From assembly GCA_017858325.1 (NCBI GenBank), contig JAFMBT010000002.1:30800-94799 (forward strand): DNA of 64,000 bases. Reading direction: 5' to 3'. The DNA comes from Candidatus Planktophila sp. (GTDB lineage Bacteria; Actinomycetota; Actinomycetes; Nanopelagicales; Nanopelagicaceae). The first letter of the stretch is position 1. Every line of letters starts with the position of its first letter. Made by a program: the position numbers and the translations under genes. The notes below the pieces were generated by a model, which saw only the letters and a list, made by a program, of their open reading frames with translations, had not been told where the DNA came from and made no database searches. Positions 36,477 to 45,159 of this stretch are shown here, in pieces.

Positions 36477-38299
36477 TGCTGCAGCCAATTATTAGATTAG
36501 TTACTTGTGGAAGTGTAGATGATGGAAAAAGTACGCTTATCGGCAGGCTATTGGTCGAAACAGATAGCGTCCCTCACGACACCGTCGCAGCGGCTCGCAA
36601 TATTCGGCGAACCGGATCAACTGTAATTGCAGGTGAAGTTGACTTTAGTTTATTAACCGATGGATTAGAAGCAGAACGCGAGCAGGGTATTACGATCGAT
36701 GTTGCGTATCGATCAATGACACTATTAAATGGAAGACGCCTAATAATTGCTGATGCTCCAGGCCATGAGCAATACACCAGAAATATGGCAGTTGCTGCCT
36801 CTAGGGCAGATGTTGCTTTAGTTTTAGTGGATGCTTCACGTGGAATTCGTACTCAAACTTTACGGCATTTAACTATTTGCTCTCTTATGGGCGTAAGCAG
36901 AGTTGCTGTTGTTGTAAATAAGTTAGATGCGGCAGGTTACTCCCAGAGTATATATGAAGAAATAGTTTCCGAGTTACTTGTTGCTGCAAATCGATTAGGT
37001 ATTAAAGATTATCAGGCTATCCCAGTCAGCGCTTTAGCTGGAGATAACGTGGTTGTGCGCAGTACAAATATGCCTTGGTATACAGGTCCAACTTTACTCG
37101 ATTATATTCAAAGTTGGAGTAAGCCCGAAGAGTTACTCACGAAACCTCATATGGGAGTACAACTAATTGCTCGTGCTGAGAATTTTAGAGGTATCTCCGG
37201 AACAATTCTTAATGGAACGTTTATTTTGGGCGATGAAGTTGTTATTCTACCAAGTCGACGCAAGGCAGTGATCTCAGAAATTCTAACTTACGATGGGAAA
37301 CTTGAACGCGCTGGCGACTCAGAGGCGATAACGCTGGTACTCGAACCGGAGGTTGATGCAACTCGTGGGGATTCAATTGAACTTGCAAGTAATTTTACTC
37401 CACCTGCCGATCGATTCAATGCGAATATTGTTTGGCTAGGTGAGACTCAACTAGTTCATAGCCGCTCATATTTATTGATATCCGGTTCTACCCAAGTCCC
37501 TGCAATAGTTTCTAAAATCAGGCATAAAGTCGAAATTGCTACAGGAGACCACGAAGCTGCTGACGAACTCTCAATGAATGAAATTGGCGTTATCGAAATC
37601 GCGACAGATGCTCCAATTGCACTGACTCCATATGTAGAGCAGCGCAACACCGGCTGTTTTATTCTTGTTGATCGAAGCACACTAAATACTGTTGCCGCTG
37701 GAATGGTTAATCATGTATTACGTAGGTCTGAAAATGTCACAGAACACAAGTATGAAATTAATGCCCTAGCTCGAGCATCTCAGAAAAATCAACGCGCAAA
37801 AGTAATTTGGCTTACTGGATTATCGGGTTCCGGCAAGTCGACTATCGCCAACGAACTCGAAAAGACCTTGTTTACGTCAGGAATGCATTGTTATGTCCTT
37901 GACGGGGATAACCTGCGCATGGGAATTAACAAAGATCTCGGTTTTACCCGCGCAGACCGTGCAGAAAATGTCAGGAGGGTTGCTGAAATTGCGCACCTAA
38001 TGTCTGATGCGGGGCTGATTGTGATCGTTGCTTTAGTGAGTCCATTTGCGAGTGATCGTGATAGTGCGCGCGAGATTTTTGAGCAAGGAAGATTTGCTGA
38101 AGTTTGGGTAAAAACTCCACTTGAGATATGTACCGAACGAGACCCTAAAGGTCTCTATAAAAAAGCGGCAGACGGGACATTGCCTAACTTGAGTGGAGTT
38201 GGCCAGGAGTATGAACCGCCGACTAGCCCTGAGTTAGTTCTAGACGGGACTGAATTGGTATCTGAAAATGTGAGAAAAATAATCAAGGAACTGCTTTGA
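36476..38299 (+). CDS. cysNC: bifunctional sulfate adenylyltransferase subunit 1 (GTPase) / adenylylsulfate (APS) kinase
   Basis: Its GTPase motifs are GSVDDGKST, DAPGH and NKLD. The C-terminal APS-kinase domain has the P-loop GLSGSGKSTIA. Its ATG overlaps the cysD stop. Confidence 0.9.
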   Translation: MLQPIIRLVTCGSVDDGKSTLIGRLLVETDSVPHDTVAAARNIRRTGSTVIAGEVDFSLLTDGLEAEREQGITIDVAYRSMTLLNGRRLIIADAPGHEQYTRNMAVAASRADVALVLVDASRGIRTQTLRHLTICSLMGVSRVAVVVNKLDAAGYSQSIYEEIVSELLVAANRLGIKDYQAIPVSALAGDNVVVRSTNMPWYTGPTLLDYIQSWSKPEELLTKPHMGVQLIARAENFRGISGTILNGTFILGDEVVILPSRRKAVISEILTYDGKLERAGDSEAITLVLEPEVDATRGDSIELASNFTPPADRFNANIVWLGETQLVHSRSYLLISGSTQVPAIVSKIRHKVEIATGDHEAADELSMNEIGVIEIATDAPIALTPYVEQRNTGCFILVDRSTLNTVAAGMVNHVLRRSENVTEHKYEINALARASQKNQRAKVIWLTGLSGSGKSTIANELEKTLFTSGMHCYVLDGDNLRMGINKDLGFTRADRAENVRRVAEIAHLMSDAGLIVIVALVSPFASDRDSAREIFEQGRFAEVWVKTPLEICTERDPKGLYKKAADGTLPNLSGVGQEYEPPTSPELVLDGTELVSENVRKIIKELL

Positions 38300-39051
38300 A
38301 CTGGATGTTATTTGCCCTCGCCGGCTCGATAGCCCAATTGATTGATGGTTCGCTCGGAATGGGTTTTGGATTAACTAGTTCAACCCTACTATTGACCTTA
38401 GGGGCATCTGCAGCAGTTGCATCCGCTGCGGTACACGCAGCCGAGATTGGAACAACTCTGGCATCAGGTGCATCTCATTGGCATAGAGATAATATTGATC
38501 GCACAATTTTAAAACAATTAGCAATTCCAGGTGGGATTGGAGCGCTCTTAGGAGCCACATTCCTCTCCAATATTGATTTATCAGGTGGAAAAATCTTCAT
38601 TTCAACAATTTTATTGCTACTAGGATTTCTACTTCTCTATCGAAATCTCTTTGTTACTCAATCACAAGTGAGCATCGCTGATGTATCCAATCCTCGCTAC
38701 CTAACATTTTTAGGGTTTTCAGGAGGTTTTGTCGATGCATCGGGTGGTGGCGGATGGGGACCTGTAGTTACTCCAACACTCCTGGCAACAACGAAGACTG
38801 AACCCCGCAAAGTAATTGGGACTGTATCGGCAGCCGAGTTTATTGTCGCCGTCTGCGCAAGCGTAGGCTTTCTATTCAATATAAATAAGCTCGATATAGA
38901 TTGGGCAGTAGTAGGCGGTCTTGCATTAGGTGGGATATTGATGGCTCCAATCGCAGCAAGATTTGTGAGTTGGGTTCCACGTAAACAACTGGGAATTATT
39001 GTCGCTATTGCAATTATTTTAATTAATGCGTTTCGTTTGTTGGGTGTGTAA
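38296..39051 (+). CDS. TauE/SafE-family anion permease (TTG start at 38296 or ATG at 38305)
   Basis: It is 251 aa with about 7-8 TM segments and a Gly-rich internal repeat typical of the TauE/4-toluene-sulfonate-uptake family. It overlaps the cysNC stop and the start of the following gene. Confidence 0.65.
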   Translation: MNWMLFALAGSIAQLIDGSLGMGFGLTSSTLLLTLGASAAVASAAVHAAEIGTTLASGASHWHRDNIDRTILKQLAIPGGIGALLGATFLSNIDLSGGKIFISTILLLLGFLLLYRNLFVTQSQVSIADVSNPRYLTFLGFSGGFVDASGGGGWGPVVTPTLLATTKTEPRKVIGTVSAAEFIVAVCASVGFLFNINKLDIDWAVVGGLALGGILMAPIAARFVSWVPRKQLGIIVAIAIILINAFRLLGV

Positions 39052-40163
39052 TGAGTAAACATCTAGTAGCACACGTAGGATTTCACAAGACTGGAACCAC
39101 GGCTTTACAAGAGAGTTTTGCCGCTAATCGCAAATCTCTCAAGGCGCAAGGCGTTGTTTACCCTAACTTTGGACAACGAGCGCATCACCGGGCGACGTGG
39201 GCGCTAATTGGACGTACCTGGGGTTGGAAGAATAGAGGGGGAAGGGCTTACGCGATAAAGGAGTGGAAGCGTTTGGTCCGCGCGATAAATAAGAGCCGAA
39301 AGACCGCTCTCATCAGTAGTGAGTTTTTCTGTGAGTTATCCACAGAGCAAATCCAAAAATTTAAGGCGGATATTAAATCTGATCAATTCACTATTGTTTT
39401 TACAATCAGGCCCTTGGTGAAACTCCTATCTTCTTCATACCAGCAGTATCTAAAATACGGGTTAACTCCTAATTATGAAGAGTGGCTCCACTCAGTTCTC
39501 GACAAACCTGGAGAATCTAAGTTAACTCCAACTTTTTGGAAACGGCATAACCACGCTGGCGTGATTACAAAGTGGGTAGAAGTTTTTGGAGCTAATAACA
39601 TAGTAGTAGTGGTTGCTGATGAAAAGGTGCCCACTGCTATTTTTGATGCCTTCAACTCAATTCTAAATCTTTCAAAAGATACCTTGACTCAGCCGGAAGG
39701 TTTATCAAGTAATCGTTCGTTAACATACGAAGAGATATCACTGTTGCTAGAAATTAATCGAAATTTTCCGGAAGAACGAGATTGGTCTGATTACGCGATT
39801 TATATTCGCGATGGGGCAATTAGGCATCTGACGGATACCGTAAAACCAGCAAATAATTCCTTGAAACTTCAAACCCCAGAATGGGCTGAGAAGATCGCCA
39901 GAGAAATCAGCGCCTTATCTGTCTCAAAAATTAAAGCCTCTGGGGTTCGTATTATCGGCAATTTAGATGACTTTGATACCGCTGAAATACTCATCGGAGA
40001 AAATTCAGTGGTCAGCACAATTTCAGTTGAGACGGCAGCCCAAGCTATTGTTGCTATAGGTCAGAATTCATTGAAACGACAGAGCACTAAAGTTATCTTT
40101 AAAGAGGCTAAAAGACGTCTTAAGAAGAGATTGCGTTTAGGAAAGAAACGTTCTAAACGTTAG
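39051..40163 (+). CDS. sulfotransferase-like protein, paralog 2
   Basis: It is collinear with paralog 1 (HKTGTTALQ; RPLVKLLSSSY) and ends in a very basic tail, KEAKRRLKKRLRLGKKRSKR. Its ATG shares one nt with the permease stop. Confidence 0.55.
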   Translation: MSKHLVAHVGFHKTGTTALQESFAANRKSLKAQGVVYPNFGQRAHHRATWALIGRTWGWKNRGGRAYAIKEWKRLVRAINKSRKTALISSEFFCELSTEQIQKFKADIKSDQFTIVFTIRPLVKLLSSSYQQYLKYGLTPNYEEWLHSVLDKPGESKLTPTFWKRHNHAGVITKWVEVFGANNIVVVVADEKVPTAIFDAFNSILNLSKDTLTQPEGLSSNRSLTYEEISLLLEINRNFPEERDWSDYAIYIRDGAIRHLTDTVKPANNSLKLQTPEWAEKIAREISALSVSKIKASGVRIIGNLDDFDTAEILIGENSVVSTISVETAAQAIVAIGQNSLKRQSTKVIFKEAKRRLKKRLRLGKKRSKR

Positions 40164-40172
40164 AGATAGGTT

Positions 40173-40868
40173 TTAATCTAGTAACTTATTAGCACGATCT
40201 AGATCAGCCTGAAAATCTACTTCGATTGCGAATAGGTCTGAGATATCTACCGGTTCTATTTGAATGCCACTTTTTTCAATTGCAAGTTCTAATCCACGCT
40301 CAAAGTAATCTTGATCCTCACAAGCTCTTAATTGGGTAATGACATCTTCTTTATGGCTCGCGGAGATGAAGTTGATTCCGACTGCTTCACCTAGCGCACC
40401 TTGGACTTTCTTCGAAAGTTCTTTGATAAAACCTTTCTCATCAATTGTGTACTTAACTTCTTCTTCGGCGGTAGCTGAAGTATTTACACAGACAAAGGAT
40501 TTTTCAGATTCAACACGAGATAGAACTCTCTCTAAAACTTTTACATCAAAAACTACATCTCCATTTAGCCAAAGTACGCCTGAATCTTGGCTTGCGACTA
40601 AAGCTTTCAAGAGGCTTTTTGAGGTATTTGTCTGATCGTAAACTTCGTTATAAACAAAAGATACAGCTGGGTGGGCTTCGATAATCATCTCCAACTTAAA
40701 ACCGACTACAACTGTGATCCGCGCCTTGTCACCAAAGGCTTGCACGATATTATCCATTTGCTGCTGCATTATTGAACGCCCGTCAGATAAGACTGTAAGT
40801 GGTTTCGGCCAAGGCTTTGCTAATCTTGTCCCCATACCCGCTGCCAAAATTACAACCTGAATAGCCAT
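40173..40868 (-). CDS. LicC/IPCT-like nucleotidyltransferase (phospho-alcohol cytidylyltransferase family)
   Basis: It has ILAAGMGTRL...KPL and YNEVYDQTNTSKSL, which parallel LicC-type small-molecule cytidylyltransferases, at 231 aa. Confidence 0.65.
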   Translation of the reverse strand: MAIQVVILAAGMGTRLAKPWPKPLTVLSDGRSIMQQQMDNIVQAFGDKARITVVVGFKLEMIIEAHPAVSFVYNEVYDQTNTSKSLLKALVASQDSGVLWLNGDVVFDVKVLERVLSRVESEKSFVCVNTSATAEEEVKYTIDEKGFIKELSKKVQGALGEAVGINFISASHKEDVITQLRACEDQDYFERGLELAIEKSGIQIEPVDISDLFAIEVDFQADLDRANKLLD

Positions 40869-41007
40869 TTATCCCTCTAGACCTAACAATGTCGAAAATA
40901 TCGCTTAGGCAGGATAGATTACCGCTTATGGTAGGAATTCTTTGTATCTCTGGTACGTATCTCCAAAATAGGATCACTTCTCAGATGCAAAACCAAGGTG
41001 CAGTGCG

Positions 41008-41781
41008 ATGACCGACAGACCGCCGCGCCCAACAATTGCGCAAATTCGCGAAATTTCACAACCAATCTCAGTAACCGGTCGACCTACATCAGAACACTGG
41101 ATTGCAGATCTTTACTTACGACGACTCTCACCATACTTAACACGGATTTTTCTACGCACCCCAATTTCAGCAAATGGCGTAACTTGGCTAATGATATTTA
41201 CAGGAGCTTCAATTGGACCCGCTCTACTTATTCAAGGATGGGTAGGGATAGCACTTGCTCTCTTCCTAAGCCAACTACAAATGCTAATTGACTGCTGTGA
41301 TGGTGAAGTAGCACGATGGAGAAATACAAAGTCTCCAATGGGAATTTTCTTAGATAAGTTAGGTCATTACTTTGCAGAGTGCTTAATACCGCTCTGCCTA
41401 GGGCTACGACTCGCTGGTTGGCCAAGTGAATCAGTAACCACTTCGATTTACCCCTATTTTGGAGCACTGCTTGCGATACTCGTACTGATTAATAAGGGTT
41501 TAAATGACGCAGTACATGTAGCAAGGGCCTTTTCAGGGTTAGAGAAAATTCAAGATACAAAGGGAGTAAATCTCCCAGTTAAAGGGCTATTACGTCAGTT
41601 GCGCAAAGTATTTAACTACCTTCCTGCGCATAGGATATTCCATTCAGTTGAGTTCACTATTCTTATCGCAATTTTTGGAAGCTATGGTCAAGCACTGACA
41701 ATTGCACTCGGTATTGCTTTCTTTGTTACGTTAGGACATATTACTGCAATTGTAACTTCTTCTAAATTGAAGAATATATAA
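41008..41781 (+). CDS. CDP-alcohol phosphotransferase family membrane protein with a variant motif (last Asp replaced by His)
   Basis: The motif DCCDGEVAR-x8-G-IFL-D-KLG-H was read from nt 41290-41370. The protein is a multi-TM protein of 257 aa. Confidence 0.75.
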   Translation: MTDRPPRPTIAQIREISQPISVTGRPTSEHWIADLYLRRLSPYLTRIFLRTPISANGVTWLMIFTGASIGPALLIQGWVGIALALFLSQLQMLIDCCDGEVARWRNTKSPMGIFLDKLGHYFAECLIPLCLGLRLAGWPSESVTTSIYPYFGALLAILVLINKGLNDAVHVARAFSGLEKIQDTKGVNLPVKGLLRQLRKVFNYLPAHRIFHSVEFTILIAIFGSYGQALTIALGIAFFVTLGHITAIVTSSKLKNI

Positions 41782-41782
41782 A

Positions 41783-42553
41783 ATGAAACTTGTTGCAACA
41801 GAGATGTATTACGCACTCACCGAACTATTCACAACCAACAAATATAGATTGGTCTTATTAGGATTAGCGCTAATTGCAGCGATGATTTCAGTATCCGAAT
41901 TAGCTGTTGCAAAACTATTTACTAAGATAATTCTGGATGAAGGAACAATTAGTGAGACAATGTTTGCAGTTCTTGTGGCATTTTTCTTCTTATTCTTTGG
42001 AGTTACTAGAGGTGGACACTTTCTTCAACGCATCTATCGAGTTAGATTTATTGATAAAGCATTTCAGGTTTCTAGGCGTAAAAAAAGTGTTGTGAAAGAG
42101 AATTGGCATTGGTCTCTAGCATTTGAGTTAACAAATTTACTTAGTACATTTACACAACTTGCCGTAGTAATTTCAATTTTTACCTATATTAATTGGCAAT
42201 TTGGAGTCATTAATCTCTTGATTATTATGGCGGTTTTTCAATTCTATGGCAAACTCTTTCGTCAACAGATCCAAGCTCAACGTGGGTTTGTTGTAGCAAA
42301 GAAGAATAAGAGTCATGTTCCAAGTGTTGTGCGGATTGGGACTCGCATCAAGTCCGGAGAAACTGGAATTCTTGTATCCAGTATTGCGATGTTAATTCTC
42401 TTAGCGCTGCTCATTTACCTCAGTCATATAGGTGATGTAAGTAAAGCAAATACAATTGTCCTATTCTTTGGCTTAAGAATACAAAACTCCAATTTCGCCC
42501 ATATTTCAACGTCTTTGATGAGATTCGCAAGAGCGCGAACCCATAGCGAGTAA
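41783..42553 (+). CDS. polytopic membrane protein resembling the N-terminal part of an ABC-exporter transmembrane domain; no ATPase domain
   Basis: It has about 5 hydrophobic segments. The beginning (YRLVLLGLALIAAMISVSELAVAKLFTKII) resembles type I ABC exporter TM1. It starts 1 nt after the previous stop. Confidence 0.4.
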   Translation: MKLVATEMYYALTELFTTNKYRLVLLGLALIAAMISVSELAVAKLFTKIILDEGTISETMFAVLVAFFFLFFGVTRGGHFLQRIYRVRFIDKAFQVSRRKKSVVKENWHWSLAFELTNLLSTFTQLAVVISIFTYINWQFGVINLLIIMAVFQFYGKLFRQQIQAQRGFVVAKKNKSHVPSVVRIGTRIKSGETGILVSSIAMLILLALLIYLSHIGDVSKANTIVLFFGLRIQNSNFAHISTSLMRFARARTHSE

Positions 42554-42575
42554 GAATCGCGATATATTAGGGGCT

Positions 42576-44201
42576 ATGAAAAACACTTTTCAAACAATTA
42601 GCGTCAGTGAAGATACGAAAATTTATGAAATAATTTCCGCTTATGTCGAAAGTGATTCTGATTTAATCTTGATTGATGAGACATCTGTGTTTAGCCAGCC
42701 ACATTTGGAACTTCTTACTGACTATCCACGATCTACCACAACAGCGCTCATAGCTCCGCTTTACGAAGGAGAAACAAGAGCAACGGGCGGAAGAGTCCTA
42801 GGAGCATCTTCCTCGTTTCACATTGCAGGTGGAGGTAATAGTACTTTTGTTGGCGTCTTGCGACTTTCCCAAAACCAGCGAGAAGAGGTAATTGAGACTC
42901 TCACTGCGGCAAGCAAATCCGATATTAAAGGTAATGCACTCGACTTAGTACTGGTCGCATTAGTTAGGGCTGGGGTATTTGTTGGTACCGCTGAAGTCTC
43001 CTTTGCCCCGTATATCCGTAGTAAAGATGCGCGAATGAGAGAGAAAATTAGGGTAGAGATTGAGTCACTAAATGAAGCCAGACTACGCTTAAAAATGGCG
43101 AACCGCGCTAATGATGGCTTCTTCTCAGTCTTTGTGCTTCGTAAATTCTCCAAGTTATTTACTTGGGCGGCTGTGCGTTTACGAGTTACTCCAAATCAAA
43201 TAACACTTATCTCTTTCGGTATTGGCCTACTTTCAGCTTACGCATTTAGTCGCGGAAACTTTTGGTCTATTTTTACTGGAGCCCTTTTGCTGCAGTTGAG
43301 CATAATTGTCGATTGTGTCGATGGTGAGCTGGCTCGATACACACGAAAGTTCTCACAACTTGGCGCTTGGCTGGATGCCATCACTGATCGCATAAAAGAG
43401 TACTTAGTCTTCTTTGGCCTGGCCTACGGTGCAGCAAGAGATGGCCGAGATCTTTGGATTCCTGCAATGGCTATGATGCTTTTTCAGGCAGTTAGACACC
43501 TTTCAGATTACAACTTTGCACGTATGAGTAAGTTGAGAAGAACCAAATTACCAATAATTGACTTTAAACTTGCAAGCGATGGCTTTATTCCCTTGAAGAA
43601 GGCGAAAAAATCGCGTGTGCAATACTGGGCCAAGAAAGCGATTCAGTTTCCTATCGGTGAACGTTGGTTAGTCATCAGCGCGTCATCTGTAATTGGTGGA
43701 GCAGCCTTTACCTTCACAATAATGCCAATTTTAGCGGTGATATCCATTGTTCTGGTTTTTAGAGGTCGCATACGTGCAACAAGGCGTTGGGCGAAGGAGC
43801 GAATTAATAAAGAACTAATTGATAATCAATTAGATTTTTTTAAAAGCACTAAATCAAATAATAGATTTGATTGGCTCACCCCCTCTATTCTACGTGCCTT
43901 TGAAGGAGTGGTGATTATTGGGCTGACAGTAATCGCGGATTTAAATCGCCCAATCGCATTCTTATTACTCTTTGCAATTATCTATGGGCACTATGACAAT
44001 CTTTATCGAGCACTACAGGGTGAACATAAACCAAGGTGGCTTTCATTAGCTGGTGTTTTCATCCTAGGTCGGCTAGCAATACTTGTAATCTTTATAGCCC
44101 TTTCGTGGTCCATATCTTCACTAGCTTGGTATTTTGGCACCCTATTCCTGGTGGTGTCATCTATCCAGTGGGTAACTAGTCAAAAATTAAGAGTTATCTA
44201 G
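42576..44201 (+). CDS. large CDP-alcohol phosphotransferase: N-terminal soluble domain, canonical CDP-OH-P transferase core and extra C-terminal TM region
   Basis: It has the complete motif DCVDGELAR-x8-G-AWL-D-AIT-D. An N-terminal segment of about 180 aa is non-membrane and lacks a GxGTR motif. The C-terminal 150 aa or so are hydrophobic. Confidence 0.75.
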   Translation: MKNTFQTISVSEDTKIYEIISAYVESDSDLILIDETSVFSQPHLELLTDYPRSTTTALIAPLYEGETRATGGRVLGASSSFHIAGGGNSTFVGVLRLSQNQREEVIETLTAASKSDIKGNALDLVLVALVRAGVFVGTAEVSFAPYIRSKDARMREKIRVEIESLNEARLRLKMANRANDGFFSVFVLRKFSKLFTWAAVRLRVTPNQITLISFGIGLLSAYAFSRGNFWSIFTGALLLQLSIIVDCVDGELARYTRKFSQLGAWLDAITDRIKEYLVFFGLAYGAARDGRDLWIPAMAMMLFQAVRHLSDYNFARMSKLRRTKLPIIDFKLASDGFIPLKKAKKSRVQYWAKKAIQFPIGERWLVISASSVIGGAAFTFTIMPILAVISIVLVFRGRIRATRRWAKERINKELIDNQLDFFKSTKSNNRFDWLTPSILRAFEGVVIIGLTVIADLNRPIAFLLLFAIIYGHYDNLYRALQGEHKPRWLSLAGVFILGRLAILVIFIALSWSISSLAWYFGTLFLVVSSIQWVTSQKLRVI

Positions 44202-44966
44202 ATGAGCGAGAAGATTTTAACGATCGGCTATTCCACACTTGCCCATCGTGTCAAAAATATCTCACCACCCGAGGTAAACCTGGAATATGAAGTATTGATA
44301 TCGATACAAAATCCTGAAAATCTTGATTTTACTCTTCCAAGTAACTTTGAGTTCAAATCTATAAAATCTAACGATAAGGGCGTTGCTAAGAGCCGAAATG
44401 TAGTTTTGAAGAACACGACAACTAAGTATTTACTATTTGCCGATGATGAGATCGTGTTCTTAAGCGATGGGATTAAATCCACAATTTCTTACTTAGAAAA
44501 TAATCCAGATTGTGATTTAGTTTTGACTAGAGCTATAGATAAAAATGGCGTACTGCGTAAGGATTATTCATCCAAGGAAGAGAATTTAACTAAGTTCAAT
44601 TCTGCAAAAGTGGCAACCTACGAAATGATTGTCAGGGTTAATAGCGCTAGGAGTATGGGCGTAGTGTTCGATGAGAAATTTGGTGCTGGCGTCGAAAATT
44701 ATTTAGGTGATGAGTACATATTCATTACCGACTTATTAAAAAAGGGTGGCAAGGCAGTTTTCTTGCCTGTAACCATTGCCATCCACCCTGAAGAAAGCTC
44801 TGGAAGTCGCTGGGGAACTGAGTCAGATTTGCGAGCACGAGCTCAGGTTTTTCAAAGAGTTTTTGGCCGCTACGCCCCGTTTGTCAGAATAGCTTTCTAT
44901 CTTAAAAATTTCCGTAAGTTTGGCGGGCTTAGGAACTTAGCCAAGTTCAGTATTGGAAAGGTTTAA
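44202..44966 (+). CDS. family 2 glycosyltransferase
   Basis: It is 254 aa with a GT-A-like N-terminus, the acidic motif LFADDEIVF, and a start codon abutting the previous stop. Confidence 0.6.
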   Translation: MSEKILTIGYSTLAHRVKNISPPEVNLEYEVLISIQNPENLDFTLPSNFEFKSIKSNDKGVAKSRNVVLKNTTTKYLLFADDEIVFLSDGIKSTISYLENNPDCDLVLTRAIDKNGVLRKDYSSKEENLTKFNSAKVATYEMIVRVNSARSMGVVFDEKFGAGVENYLGDEYIFITDLLKKGGKAVFLPVTIAIHPEESSGSRWGTESDLRARAQVFQRVFGRYAPFVRIAFYLKNFRKFGGLRNLAKFSIGKV

Positions 44967-45159
44967 TTTGCTCCGGCCGGCGAATAGACTTAAGTATGAC
45001 GACATGTAAGGTAGTGATTGTTGGCTTCACCGAGTTCTTGCGCGTCCACGTCAAGGGAAATCAATATTGTGAACAAACCATCACTGATGCTTCACCCACA
45101 TATCGTGAGCGATACTACGAATTATGCATGCGGCTTATGACAAGTAAGGTGTTTAGCTC

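Noticed and set aside
35571-38299. Reading cysD-cysNC as an ordinary assimilatory sulfate-reduction operon
   Set aside because: There is no cysH, cysI/J or sir and no sulfate ABC transporter within 64 kb. The APS-kinase fusion and the flanking sulfotransferase-like genes point to PAPS as a sulfuryl donor. The ordinary reading cannot be fully excluded without the rest of the genome.
40998-41291. 97-aa ORF overlapping the start of the CDP-alcohol phosphotransferase gene in another frame
   Set aside because: The frame starting at 41008 carries the family motif and TM helices. The alternative frame is Thr/Asn/Arg-rich with no features.
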